Below, one piece after another: positions 50,320 through 64,000 of a stretch of DNA of 64,000 bases (position 1 is the stretch's first letter; every line of letters starts with the position of its first letter). The notes beneath the pieces were generated by a model that was not told the origin of the DNA, made no database searches, and saw nothing but the letters and a program-made list of their open reading frames with translations. The DNA comes from Paraspadella gotoi (Eukaryota > Animalia > Chaetognatha), in assembly GCA_051294375.1 (NCBI GenBank), contig CM119269.1, forward strand, positions 1,504,537 to 1,568,536, given 5' to 3'. The translations under genes and the position numbers were made by a program.

Positions 50320-53300
50320 GTGATGAAAGTGATCAACTTGAAACTTTCTAAGAATTGGTAAGATTAAGTTTCAATGCTATTTTTTATACAAATGTAATAA
50401 TGCAACAATAAAATTAATAATAATTTATCAATTGTTTAGTTTAGTTTTAGTTGTTTAGTTTACCTTCTTTTAAGTCAGAGGCCAATTATGGGCTGGAAAA
50501 ACTCTGTTATTATAAAATTGATATATAGAAAAAATGGTATTAAATAAGAAAATTTGTACATAAGAATAATCATCACTTATCATGTAATTAGATGTTAGAT
50601 GGTTCCCATGGGCTGATCGTTGGAAGATGAGGTATCGTTTGTTTCAAAATTGTTAGAAACTAGATAGAAATAACTGTTTGTTGTAGTAAGTCGCCTCACT
50701 TTGCCGTTTGATGAAACTAAATTTACTAAATTGAAAGGAATAAAAATTGTTTAATTTTTTTTTTTTTTTTTAATTAGCTGAGGCCAAAAACGCCGGAACT
50801 TCCAGCTGGGGCTGCAGTTAAATTGACGGGCCGAAACGAATGCCAAGAAGTCTATTGCTTATTTAAATTTCGTAATGGGACTTTAACAGGACCGGACAAT
50901 TCAGCGGTAATCATTTTAATACATGCAGTCGTCATGGCATATAAGAGTAGTGAAGAGACAGTAATATAATGTTATGTGTTAGTACAGAACAGTTCAATAT
51001 AATCAAGTCCCTGAGTTCGGATCAGGCTGTAACTCCAGTTAAGCGGGTTAAGCGCCCCGTCCCTTTTAACTGCTAGGGACTCACCGGGCTAGAACCCCGG
51101 ACCTTTTGGTTAGGAGGCGAGTGACTTGCCTCCTGCACCAATGGCCGCTGATGAATACGTCTATTTAGTCCTCATATAGATTTTAATTTTTACAATAGAC
51201 GGTGAGGCGACTTTGCAAGAATATGAAAGAAATTGACGCGTTGAGATTATATACGAGATTATGACCCTCTGGTACGTAAAAAACGTTCACATCAAAATCC
51301 CTGAAACAATTTAACAACCGTGCCCATCGAAGGAAATGGCTTCAAAAGCAAAAAAGAAACAACGTAGTATAAATTTTCTACTTTATTTCATTCCATCGTA
51401 TCTACAAAGGGAGTTTACGCTTAATTTTGCAGAGATAAAAACTAAAAAGACACATTTACCAAGAATCCATCGGTAAAATTAACTCTCATTACCTGTCAAC
51501 GATTGGGAAGCTCAGCAACGACAAAAAGCAACAGCAAAAACAGTCCAGTCTAGTATTTTAATTAAAAGTAAGATCCTCTCTCCATGATTAAAAAAAAAAA
51601 AACGTATCTGCTATTTTTAAGATAACACCCGCTGGTCCTTCGGACGGGAAGGTACATTGCACTTTGCGTGTAAAAACTGGAGGAAGAGAATACGCGGAGT
51701 CGAACGCAGCGCCATCGTCGTTCTCCACGGGAACGGAATAACCGACCACTTCATGCGAATTTGTATTTCCGAAATATAGTCTGGGGAAAAATAACGAAAC
51801 CGCGGTGCGTATTATTAGTTATATTATTATTATTAATTAATTAGTCCGGATAGACCCGATTTTCATACTGAGGACGTTTTTCGTCTAACCTCTACCGATA
51901 GACGTGAATAAAGAAGGAAAATATTTAAAATAAGGTTGAAAGCAGGAGGAAATAAAAAAACAAAAAAACAAAGAAGAAAAATAAAGTTTTTGTTATTACT
52001 GAAACACTAAAAAAAAAAAGAGCTGAAGTGTCGCCATCTGATGTCTTTCTCTCCAATTACTTTCAAGGAAACGCAAAAAGATGCTACTCGATCGGAAAGT
52101 TGAGCAGCATCGACGTCAAATTAAAGGACTACGACTTTGGTACCTCGAATACGTCTCATAGAGTGCGAGGGAGAAGGGAAGAAGAAAACTCCCGTCGAGG
52201 AATGGTTCGGCATCAAGAAGTTTGCCTACGCGGTGGGAGCTCAAGATTGGCGGCGACCAATCAGCGGGACTCATGGGCATGAACCAAGGTACGGAAGGGC
52301 CCAAGGGTAGACGGCTTACGTTACACGTTACTGGGATGTGATTGATTGATTCAATTTTTATTAAATTTTTACTTCTTTCTTTATTTTTTTCTTTTGCTTT
52401 CATTTACCTATTTTATCAAATATTTGATTGATTGATTTATTGATAGATTGATTGATTATTGATTGATTCAGATTCATTCATTCATTCATTCATTCATTCA
52501 TTCATTCATTCATTCATTCATTCATTCTTCCTTTCTCTTTCGCAACGCGACGCTGATGCTTTCGTCTTCAGGCGGAGATGGCGATGGCGAACACAGGGGG
52601 AGCGCCGAAATAACTCTTTACGGACAGTTGCACAACGAAACCACCTCGTGCGTCATGAAAGTCAAAGCTGGTTCGCTCACCCAACTCAACACCGCGAAGG
52701 TAAGTGATTTGATTCGATTTTTTTATTTAAGTCACTTAATCTATCTAAACATCTATCTTTCAGGTCTTCGTCGCAAAATGCGACAGATTGGGCGAAATTG
52801 ACCTGCGTAGAAATCGTTTCATTAACAAGGATATCATGTATTTGGAAACAGTCGGATTTCGGGCAAAGGGAGAGAAGATGTTCCGTGTTCCCGTCAACGC
52901 TTGGATGGAATGGAAGATAACTCAACAAGTGTGTATATTTTTTTTTTAATTAATTTTTATTAATCGAAAATCTATATTTGGCATTGCTGGCGAATCCTAA
53001 ATTCTCATCCCGTATAGCTAGGGACAAATCAGCGCGTCCCATTGGCTTGGACAGCTCAGTACTCGTTCACCAACCGTGAGTTCCGGGTTCTATCACCTCA
53101 TGGTCACGCTGGGTTAAGTGTGATGGTGTCGGCATGAACACGCCAGTGACATGGGTTGGTCACTGCAGGTTCAAAGCCCTGAGCGACAGCTGTCGGTAGA
53201 TGCCTCACACCCCAGGCATCACACATGTCCTCCGTTGCCATAGTATGTTTCAAATATGGTACCTTTGATTTATTTTATTTCAACGATTATATTTTCGCTC

Positions 53301-56300
53301 CTTCTTTGATATTTTAAAAAAACTTTTTGTCAATAGCTTAAATGTTTTTTTATTCTTTTAGAAATTGTAATTGCTATGATGTTTTTGTCCAATTTCAGCC
53401 AATTGATGTTTTTGTCAATTTCAGCCAATTGATGTTTTGTCCAATTCAGCCAATTGATGTTTTTGTCCAATTTCAGCCAATTGATGGTTTTGTCCAATTT
53501 CAGCCAATTGATGTTTTTGTCCAATTTCAGCCAATTGGAAAGTAACGGGAGGATGGAAACATCGCATTGCCATTTGTCGAATGAAAAATTACAATGTGGA
53601 ATTGCGAACTGGCGGATTCGAATCCATTGCGCTAAAAGGCAATCAAGGTTAGCATTAGTTTTGTTTCTTGCATGAATCTTAAAACACAAAATAAAATTCA
53701 AATTTGAAAACTTTATGCTTTTTTTTTTAAATATTTATCAATCGTCTACAATTGTCCACATTATAATCGTAAATATAGCTTTTTAAAAAGATTTTAAACT
53801 ACAGTATTTAAATTTGTTGCACTAATCACACGATAATCAAACCCTCTATTGATTATGCTCCAGCTGCGATGGGACTCGCGAACACCAGCGCAGGAGCGAT
53901 GATAAAGTTACATGGAAACTACAGAGGCGAAAAAAAGACTTGTCGATTTTTCGCGCAACCAGAAGCTTTAAAAACCACGATTCAGTCACGGTAAAAAAAA
54001 AGAAATGTGTCAATCAAATCAAATAATATCAAGAAGGATATAAATACTACCGATATCTATAATTATAAAAGAATTCGGTTTACGTCTCCCAGGTCCTTCC
54101 CGTCCCCTGTCCAACCCTGGATGGATCGAGTGCGTGACGTCGATTTCGCACCAAGACGATATTGGACGATAGAGTCGGAATCGGAAGACAGATGTAACGG
54201 ATACCGGATGAAAATAACGGAGATAGAAAGATACGAGAATCTCGAGAGCTTTTCGCGAATCAAATAAGATAGGGCGATTGATTGTTGCGTGTTAGTGATA
54301 GAACCGTTCAATATAAGAATTAGACATTCCGAGCTATCGATAGGCTGATACATCTTACAGCGTAAGCGCCCCGTCTCTTCTACTAGCGCGACCAAGGCGA
54401 GCTTAAGAGGTGGGCGCCCAATGGCGCTGATAGCGGTTGGTGGATTTCAGTCACCCGATATCTAACTTATGCTGTCGTGTGAGCGAGTGAACAATAATAA
54501 GTTTAATATTTTTTTTTGGGGGGGGTAATTTCACAGCGAATGAGAAATTAGTGAAAGGGATGAACGAACCTACAATATAATTTATATGGAAGAAATGAAC
54601 AGTACATCGTACAATAATACCGGGAGGCCCGCATCTACATAGCGCTAGAATGGCATTAGCGTAGCGATCATACGAATAGCTTAAAATTACATAACGCCAG
54701 ATCAATATAGACTTTAACATTATATTAATACTAAGATTGCCGCGACAACTTGAAGCGAACACCCAGGCGGGGCGACCTTCAGGTTTTGGAAGTAAGGACG
54801 GTCAGCAACGAACTGCAACATTCACATCGACAAGAAGACATTCAAAGATCTGGACTCAGTCGCCGTACGTGATTCATGATTTAGTTGTTTAGTTATATAA
54901 TCTAGACTTTAAGCGGCGATCTTATATTAAAATAGGTGGTAAGGAAAATTCACTAAACACTGTGAGTTCTTCCTGAAATGAATGTTCTGCTGAGCACACA
55001 GCTGCGTGAAATAAAAACAAGATCGGTTCGTCCAATGTGTTGCGCCGTAGCGACTTTATTTTCACAAGTATTTCCCTTTGATAAATGATATGACATGAAA
55101 GACATGACTAAAAAACTTTCTAGCCCGGTATTTATGACATGCACTGCATCGAAATTTCTTCTTTTATTCCTTATGTTTTAGAATCCTGAAGCGGCGCTTG
55201 CAGTCCCTTAGATTTGAGGTTTTTTTTTCAGTCTCAACAAATGTACAACTAATAAGCGAATTATGAGCATTTTTAACGTAAGTTGGACAGACCGACGGAC
55301 AGACATACCGACCGACCGACAGACCGACCGAAAAAAGATAAGATTGGACGTAACGCCATAAAAAAAACTAATCTCCAAATTTTATGCATTTATTTAACAG
55401 AAGTTGATGTTTTGTTGTCCCGACATCGGCCACTTCCAATGCGCCATCATCAGATTCAAGATCAAGAATCTTTGGTTCTTCAGAAATTCGAGATCAAAGT
55501 TCCCAACAAAGATTGGGTTCACATAGACGTCAATCATTGGATGGGGAAGAGAGACACTAGTCACGGTGAAGAATAGATGGATGAGATAGGATGTGATAGA
55601 GATAAGATAGAGATGAGATAGAGATGAGATAGAGATGAGATAGATTTACTATTTGATTTGTTTTTGTTTTTGTCGTTTTGAGTGCTGGTTTGATAAAACT
55701 GTGGGCGCCCCGATGTATTCGTCTGTCCTCAGATTGAAGTTAATCTGCTTATCAGTGATTCTTTGCCATCGAGTTGTCACAATATTCACAATATAAATTT
55801 TTTCAGAGGGTGGGTGAGATTCAAGGAATGGACGGAAGTGGAAAAGTTCTGCATCCCTCGCGACGCCTCTTGCGCCGTCAAGCAAAAATATTCCATCAAC
55901 GTCAAAAGTGGAGGATTCGACACGAAAGCCTTGACCACATTCGACGGGTTAGTTCGTATTTTTTTTTATGTTAATCAATTAATGGATGGTCTTTTCATAC
56001 AATTGAAACGTTCTTTTGAAATATTATACCACTTCACTGTGAGAGAGTCTTGATTGAAAGCTTGCAGGGACCTGCTATGTCATATCTTGTAAGAGTGATG
56101 GAGGCCTTAAACCACCAAAGCCTGTTCAAAGTCAGGGGCAAGATAGCTTATTTAATTAAATGAATGGATAATTTTATATTTGGTGGTACCAATTTCATAG
56201 ATGAATAAATATTTCAGTCTTGGAAAGAATTCTGAGTAAATGGTTGTTTTTTTTTTTTTTTTTGTAACGAGGGGAGTTATTTTTTTCATAAAGTGAACCT

Positions 56301-57200
56301 TTGACAACAGATTCTTGACTCTGGTTACTCAATCTGAATAATGATCAATTTATTAATAATAACCAGATATCATACTGATGATGATAAAAGTCTCTCTCGT
56401 CTCTCATCCTTCCAGCCGACAGAGCTAGAGCCGCAAGCGTTGGCCAAATCAACATGACCATCGGCTACTATTGCGACGCGAGTCCAAACCAACTTGCACC
56501 ATCATCACCAAATTGGCGATTTTTCAGAAACCGATGATCTCGCGGTGACTAAATTACATTAAATTACATTAAATTACATTAAATTAAGCATTATTTTTTA
56601 GAACCTCGATTCCCTTTTGTTTCATTCTCGATCCTAAATTTTTTTCATCAGGAGGTCAATGGCGATTGTCCCAAAATGGGCGCGTTGGAATTTTGCGACG
56701 TGAAGTTCAACGACCGCGACATCTGTACTGGGAGTATCTGGAAATGTGAACCTCACCATCCTACCGTTCACTCTGAGGTGCAGATTTGGATGGGACTCGA
56801 CGAGGATCGAATGCACGGGTGTAACCAAAGACATGGAAATATAACCTTTTATAGTTATCAGTATAATTATGTACATTGTTCGAGTCTTTGGGAAATAAAT
56901 AATTCACATTTATTTTCAAGATGCATGGACACTCATGAAAGGATGGAACAGTACGCATTTGATTATTTAAAGCGTAAGTCATGTTTCAACGTAATTTTGT
57001 CATTATATATTAATATCATATATATATATATTACATTAAAATAAATATTAAAAACCGCTTAAAAAACTCAGGTTGGTTCTGCGGGGCGCATTTAAAAAAG
57101 GGAGTTGTCGCCCGCAAACTGCAACTTGGAGCAAGTAGAGCTTCAGGTGAGGTTAATTTTAAAAAATTTCATCATAATGAGAAGTACAAGACAATAATCT
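50320..57200 (+). repeat. Direct, error-rich duplicate of about 43090-50294
   Basis: Collinear exons and introns; begins at an N-gap; many indels, worst at 54100-54800. Confidence 0.88.
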
Positions 57201-57452
57201 CTGTTTATTTGTTAATCTATATAATTCTATGAAATTAGTACTATCAAAGTATCAAATATAGTAGTTTATTTCATATATTATAAGCTATCTTGCCCCTGAC
57301 TTTGGACAGAGAGTCTTGTCCTAACGCTGATTAAAAATCCCTCATATTCCGAACCAAAATTTTTTTTAACCAACTCGATTGATTCATAACCTGAGATTCG
57401 GGACCAAAGATAAAAAGCCTCCATTTTCCACGTTTCTTATTTTCACCCCCAG

Positions 57453-57877
57453 ATCGGCGAGGGCAGCGCCGACCACGTCCAAGCTGTGATTCCGATGCGT
57501 GGTATTTGGGACGAAGACCCCGACGCCTTCTCCTCTCAACTCACCGTCGCCGCCAACTTCTACAACGTCAAAGAGAAGGAGCAGCTGAGGATAATCTGTC
57601 GGGGCTACCCGCCGCCGACGAAGACTTGTGAGTCCGTCGTAAGGGGGCGTGACGATGGGGTCGACCACTAACCGAAGCTTCATTGTTTCCCAGGCCTGAC
57701 CGAAGACTGAAACGTCGCGGGACGAGGCTTGAAATCTTCTCCGACGATTTTTTTAATTCTTTTTGATTTTCGCTCGATGCGACCTTCATTTTTTTTTTTT
57801 GGGATTTCCTTCTTCGTCCGAATTTCGCTTTTGCAGATGTCACTGCGAAGAAGAGGACTGAAAAAGGATCCGACTAA
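57453..57877 (+). CDS. Probable terminal exons of the large modular gene (57453-57627 plus short exon(s) at about 57694 and 57837)
   Basis: ccccag|IGEGSADHVQAVIPMRGIWDEDPDAFSSQLTVAANFYNVKEKEQLRIICRGYPPPTKT|gtgag follows the phase-0 exon ending ..EQVELQ; stop position uncertain. Confidence 0.55.
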
Positions 57878-58853
57878 TCAAATGGAGATACTATTTATAA
57901 AATTAATCGCTCATCACCTCAGCGACTTTGGTTAGTTTGTGATAGAATTACGTGATTGCCTTGGATGTTCCCTTAATTTAGTTATTAATATTTTACAAAT
58001 TCTTGTAACAAACCGAACCATCGTTCAAGTGATAAGTATAATTTTAAATTGTACGTGTACATCGCAATTAGATATAATTTTTATTTAAACGCGGTTTTTT
58101 TCAATTTATTGCAAGATTAGCTATGAATATTCAAAAGACAGCAAAAGAGTTAAATGTGTTGAGTAGTTTGGCTTTTGACAAATTTAAATTAAAAATTATA
58201 AAAAGTTAATTCATGATATGCAAAAATCTACTAACGTTTAAAAAGGCCACACGGCATCACTATTGTATTTTAGATTTCCTGAGGATTAAGACGACAAGCA
58301 GAGGATGAATTGATTTGGATGGAAACTTTTGGATCGCTCCTACCCGGCTTTTTAAAACGATCCTGACCCTTAAGGGAAAAGTCGGATAATGCAAACATTG
58401 ACAGTTTTTTTTTCTCATTCTCCCTTGGAGAGCGGATCTCTCCTGGCTGTTTTTGGTTTTTCCTTTTTTTCCTCAGTGTACCAGGCGAATAAGCGCCATT
58501 TTGCGACCGATGGCCGAGCCATGTGGCAGATCCACGTTCCTTCGTCGGCAGGACTCAGAAGTTACAAGGTGCATTCTCTGCGCCCTTCTCCTGTCTTCTC
58601 TCTCTCTCTCTATCTGGTCATGGCATGGACTTCCATTCTCTCTCTCTTTCTCTCTTCTCTCTCTCTCACTTTCACTACTTTTCTTTCTTTGATTCTGCCA
58701 GAAAGCCAAAATGAGACCTTTGAAAATGCCAGTTAAAGATGAAGGAATGAATGCTCTTTTTCCTCTTTGCTGATTTCGTTTCCACAGACTTTCAAGGTTC
58801 AGTTCGAAGTCTCAACGTCTAGTTGAGTCGCGACTTGGTGGGTGATCGACTGG

Positions 58854-58940
<87 letters not shown>

Positions 58941-59818
58941 CGTCATCGTACAAGATTCGCGAATGTTTGGAATTTCCCAACGTTTTTCCCATCCTAATTC
59001 TGTCGCGGAAATTCTTTTCCCTTCGTCCAAATCGGGAGGCTAAAAAAAAGGAGACATTTTTGCGTCTCATTATTAGTTTAAATCGTTCAAATCTAAATTC
59101 CGCGTTCCATGCTAATTTTGCATTTTGCGCGCTCGTTTTCCTTTACGGTCATCTCGAGAGACATGTTTTTTAAAGATGACAATATCAATTTTTTTTTAAT
59201 AAAACAGGACAATTTTTTGACTACTCCGTATAAATCATTTATTAATTTTTTTTAAATTTTCGGGGTAACCGTTTTGAAATACGAGTGCAATTAAGCCCTC
59301 ATTTCTACTTTTAAACAATGGTAACCTTCCCAACTTTGTCTTTAAGATAAAAATTCCAATTCGCGACAGAAAATAGCATCAACTCGAAAGTGGATTTCGA
59401 GGAGCCTCGCCCTCAGAATTCTCTCAGTCTCAAATCAAACAACTTGGAGAATAAAAAAAAGAGAAATTTTCTGTTTTATCTATTCCTCGCCAATTAAAGA
59501 ATAAAGATCCTTTTTTTTTCTCATCTTTGAAAGTAAAAGAATAACGCGATTGTCAATTCCGTAGGTTAATTGTCTTCGAACTGAAATAAATTCCGCCACT
59601 GCGAATTTTTCCACAAGGAAATAAGGCTCGGCGTTTCCGTTCACGATGCGAAATTGAGCATCCGCCTTTCTTCGTCTTATGTCCGAAGACACTCGCCTCT
59701 CAAGGATAATTAGCTAAAAAAAAAAATCAGAAGAAAAAAAAAGAAAAAAACAACAAAATGGAAAAAAATTCGCGCCGCTAATAGATAAACGCGAAAAACT
59801 GAAAGCAGACATTAAAAA

Positions 59819-59908
<90 letters not shown>

Positions 59909-59913
59909 AAGAA

Positions 59914-62900
59914 ATGTTTTCGATGAAGGCGTCGAAAGATTCGTCGCCTCTTAGGAAGGGGCTGCGGGATTCCGTTTCACACTCTCGGGTCGACAGGTGG
60001 ACGGACGAAGACGACGACGACGATGACGGCGACGAAAGACGCACCGACGACGACGACATTGCAAACTACGGCGAGCAGCGGACAAGTGCAAGAAGATTGA
60101 CCGCGAAGCAACTTTCGTCACCGGCCGCACCTTGGAGGAACAAAGGCAACGACGACCACGAAAACGACGACGGCAAAGACAGAAACGACATCAGGGAGGC
60201 GAGGAAATCTGCAGAATCGAAACGGATTTCCGTCCAAAATGAAGAGACCGGAAAGGAATTAAGCGACGTCGAAAAAACTGCGTCAGTCGACGTACTCGGC
60301 AGCGACAGTGAGAAGAACAGCAGCGAGAAGAAGAACGGCTGTATCTTTGTGAAGAGCAACTGTTGCGGTGGGCGGAACAGCAGTGACGAGAAGAACAGCT
60401 CTGACTCTAATCAGGGCAACATAAATTTCTACGAAGAGCTCGCTCTAACGGCGGACGTGCAAGCAAAGGACATCGACGAAAATTACGAAGTCTCTGACCA
60501 TCACAAGAACCACGAACCAATTGCCATCTGTGATAAAACTGTCGAAAGCGAGAAAAACGATGCCAGTTTGACGGACGACGATCCCGACGCCATTAACGAC
60601 AGAGTCAGCGTCATCGTCGCCACCGACGTCACGATTCAATACGACATCTGCCACGTTGTTGACGAGGATTCTGACGAGGCTACGCTACCCGTGGAAATCG
60701 TACCGAACCCTAATTGCAGCCCCCGCGACGCTGAGAGGGAGTGCGACGCTGAGAGAGATTTCGACGCGAAGAGTGAAACCGACGCTGAGAGAGAATGCTA
60801 CGTTGAGAGAGATTGCTACGTTGAGAGAGATTGCGACGCTGAGAGAGATTGCGACGCGAAGAGTAAAACCGACGCTGAGAGAAAATGCGTAGCTGAGAGA
60901 GATTGCGTCTCTGAGAGTGAATCCAACGCTGAGAGCGAATGCTACGCTGAGAGAGATTGCGACGCTGAGAGAGATTGCGACGCTGGCCCCAGTGGAACTT
61001 TTATCGAGGGGAATCTCAGTTGGAACAACGAGGACAAAGATCACGAAAAGGATTCTTCTTTGTTTTTAACTAAAAAACCCGACGAGTCTTGCCAAAACAA
61101 CAACTACCGCAATAACAACAACGTAGACGACGACGACCGATTTCTCAACAACAACACTCACAACCAAAAGCGGGAATCGCCCAATCCAGACAGCGACGAC
61201 AAAAAACCGGAAGGAATCGTCGTTGAATCAACCAACAGCGACGAAAGCAACTCAACCGCAACCGATCCTTTTCCGCTGATCCCTAATAACAGAAACTCCA
61301 ACTGGTTAACTTTAAACGACGACGATAACAACAACTTTTTAAATACTTCGAACGAATTCGTTTTCGACGTCCAGGACGACGATGATGATGCTTCGTCCAC
61401 GATCGAGAGCGTCTTCGCGTCGCCTCTGACCCAACATTACGAATTCCATCTCAGAGCCGAGGAATTCGTCGAGAACGAGGACCAAGAGAAAGGCGAAAGT
61501 CTCTCCAAGAGGTTTGTGTTTAATTACTTGTTAAAAATAATAAATAATATGCAATTTAATAATATAGAAATTAGAAAATAAACGATCAATTTAATATAAA
61601 ATTTGGCGCATTAAATTTTCATTTGGAACAGTCATTCCTCTTTACAACAATCGGTTGACATGAACAAATGAAATGCAAATCTTTTTTTTCTCGTCCTATG
61701 ATTGACGAACGCAATCTCGAGCGCATGTTGCATTCCGATTAGATCCTCTTCCTCTTCCTCTTCGTCGTCGTCGCGCCGAACCTCGTCTCTGTCGTCGTGG
61801 TCATCGTCTTCTTCGTCTTCCTTGGCCAATTTGTTCGCCAGAGCGCGCCTCGGCGTCGGCGGCGGTAAAGAGAAGCGAAAGAAAAAAGAGCAACGGGAGA
61901 AAAGAGATCAGGAAGTGAGGATTGAAACGGAGAACCGTCAAGGTAAATTATGAGACTGAATGCGCGATAAAAAAGTATTTTATGGCAACAGCAGGGTTGC
62001 CTGTGATTCCCATTGGGATGGGGCATCTCACTGTTGGCTTTGGGGGCTTCCGACTCTCTGTGACGCCAGCTGTCACTGGCGCGGTTACCCTAGGACGGTC
62101 TCGCTTTGCCAACGTAGAGGTGATAGGGGGAAGTCAGAGGGAAGTCGTTGGGACTGTGGATGGAACACAACGCTTGAGATGGCGCGTTTCCCCTCCGAGA
62201 CAATGGTATTGGCTTAACGATGGGGGACGTGAGGCGGTGTTTTAATTTTAATTAAAAAAAAAGGTCAATTAATCTTTAATTACAAAACCAAACTCGAAAA
62301 AATGAATAATTTTAAAATGAATGAAAAAAGTTGTATAATTAATATTTCCTGTTATTCCGCTGCTACCGTTACCTCCCCCATCTTCTTCTCCACCTCTTCC
62401 TTACCCCCCTCTCCCTCCAGACCCCTCAATCCCTTTCTCCCTCTTTCGTGTCTTCTCCTCCCCCCTCTCTCCCTCCATCGCCGAACGCAACGTGATTGAG
62501 CCGGCGCCGCGGGCGTCGACAACCTCGACGCCGGGAAGTCGCGGCCGACGGGCCTGGGCGCCGCCGTCGCCTTACGCTCAGGTTTTTTGAGAATCAAATT
62601 GGTATAGATTTCATTTTGAGAATGATATGCGGAGAACATTTCAGCATGGGAGTGGTCTTTTCATAGTTCATACAATTGAAACATTCTTTGAAATATTATA
62701 CCACTTCATTGATAGGGAAGCCAGGAACTCTGGGAGTGTGAGAGAGTCTTGATTGAAAGCTTGCAGGGACCTGCTATGTCATTATCTTGTAAGAGTGATG
62801 GAGGCCTTAAACCACCACAGCCTGTCCAAAGTCAGGCGCAAGCTATCTTATTAATTAAATGAATGGATAATTTTTATATCGGTTGTACCAATTTCATATG

Positions 62901-63962
62901 TAAAATGTCCTTTTAGGTAGACAGAACTTGGTTTTCGAAAGACGGACGCAGCGTCAGTGGCCGAAATATTTCCGATCAGGTGAGTTAGAGATAACCTCAT
63001 GTCCGAAGTAACGACATGCCGACATTATTAACATATGATGAACATTAATAATTTATCATTTTCTTGTTCGTCCCAGTGGCGCGAGTCGAGTTCCTTTGCT
63101 ATCGAAGTCGTTGAGGAAGCCTTTCGCTGGTTGTCGCACTTGGACCAACAGTCGGCCGACCCGTTTCGCGGTAAACTGTATCTATGTACATTTATGTCTA
63201 AAGATAAGAAGGCTTCCGACTCTTTTCAGTTCAATGTTAATGAAGGAAAGGCTAAACAGTAGACATAAGACGGATACGATGTCATTGGATAATTTTAACT
63301 TTTAGCAACTGGAAGAAGTTTGGACGAAGAGGATCTAAAGATGGCTTCAAAACAAAACGTCTTTTACACGGGAAAAGGTAATATTAATTGAAAACGGATT
63401 CAAATTTATAGACGAATTATGTGATTTATTACTTTATTTGCTTCATCGAATACGATTTCAGCCAATGGGCGACCTCCGCCATCGTACTCCAATTATTCAG
63501 CCAATGGGCGACCTCCGCCATCGTCCGCTCTCACGTATTTCAGCCAATGGGCGACCTCCGCCATTGCCTCTCCACGTATTCAGCCTCCAAAATTCAACCG
63601 GCGAACGCGGTGCCGCCGAGATCGAAGGCGCAGGAAGAGACGCAGCATTCACGAAAGCAACCGCAACAGCAACCGCAACAAGCAACCGCTAACAGAGCGC
63701 AAGACAAGTCACAATTCATGTGCAATCCGACACAGCATCAAACGCATATAATTCAACATCAATCGCCCCAACATCCAACAAAAGTGGATAAAAGTCCTGC
63801 CGCGGGACGTTCGATGACGATGTCCAATCGGGGACAAACCTCTTCGACGGGGACGTCAAATACTGCGTCCAAATCGGCTCCGATTTCGTCGCCAGAGGCG
63901 TCGCTTTCAGCGCCAGCGGCGCCGCCTTTGCCGTCCTCCTGGCGAAATGGCGCTGTTTGGAG
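59914..63962 (+). CDS. Acidic low-complexity protein of unknown function, multi-exon, continues beyond window (exons about 59914-61511, 61744-61942, 62917-62979, 63078-63171, 63306-63377, 63584-63962)
   Basis: 555-codon D/E/N/S-rich ORF with exon-like GC content directly after a (GA)n tract; downstream AG/GT-bounded open segments. No domain recognised. Confidence 0.65.
60724..60985 (+). repeat. 18-bp coding repeat encoding (D/E)CDAER hexapeptides
   Basis: GCTGAGAGAGATTGCGAC units within the 59914 ORF. Confidence 0.9.
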
Positions 63963-64000
63963 GTAAAGGTTTTATACTGATGAGACAGTAATTATTGTTA

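Noticed and set aside
50320-57200. Six additional PLAT domains from a true tandem duplication
   Set aside because: Near-identical introns, start at an N-gap and dense indels point to a redundant haplotype or low-quality read; not counted.
58812-59173. ER/SL-repeat ORFs (also at 193-642, 1914-2250, 59778-60059)
   Set aside because: Translations of (GA)n or (TTTC)n microsatellites.

Overview
AT-rich, intron-containing metazoan (invertebrate-like) DNA from a draft, gapped assembly that appears to carry two haplotypes side by side, with several direct and inverted duplicate blocks and many indel errors. Three spliced genes can be read by hand. (1) A very large + strand gene spans roughly the flipped block 6963-15145 plus 905-57880. 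It encodes a probably secreted modular protein: possible vWA, WAP-like, Kunitz-like, two Kazal domains, ten Cys-containing PLAT/LH2 domains interrupted by an array of duplicated Q/G/S/N-rich exons with a ~36-aa glutenin-like GQ repeat, and a unique C-terminus. (2) A type II membrane protein gene is nested antisense inside one intron of gene 1 (TM anchor, ~580-aa coiled-coil stalk, C-terminal globular domain); its two assembled copies differ mostly at amino-acid-changing positions in the terminal domain. (3) An acidic low-complexity gene of unknown function starts at 59914. Non-coding content includes an intronic tRNA-His, a hAT-type MITE with 8-bp TSDs and presence/absence polymorphism, DINE-1/Helentron-like elements, tRNA-derived SINE-like repeats, two minimal hammerhead ribozyme motifs, a pair of diverged structured elements, and repeated tandem duplications of splice sites. 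Exon boundaries were read by eye and are approximate where the sequence is noisy.
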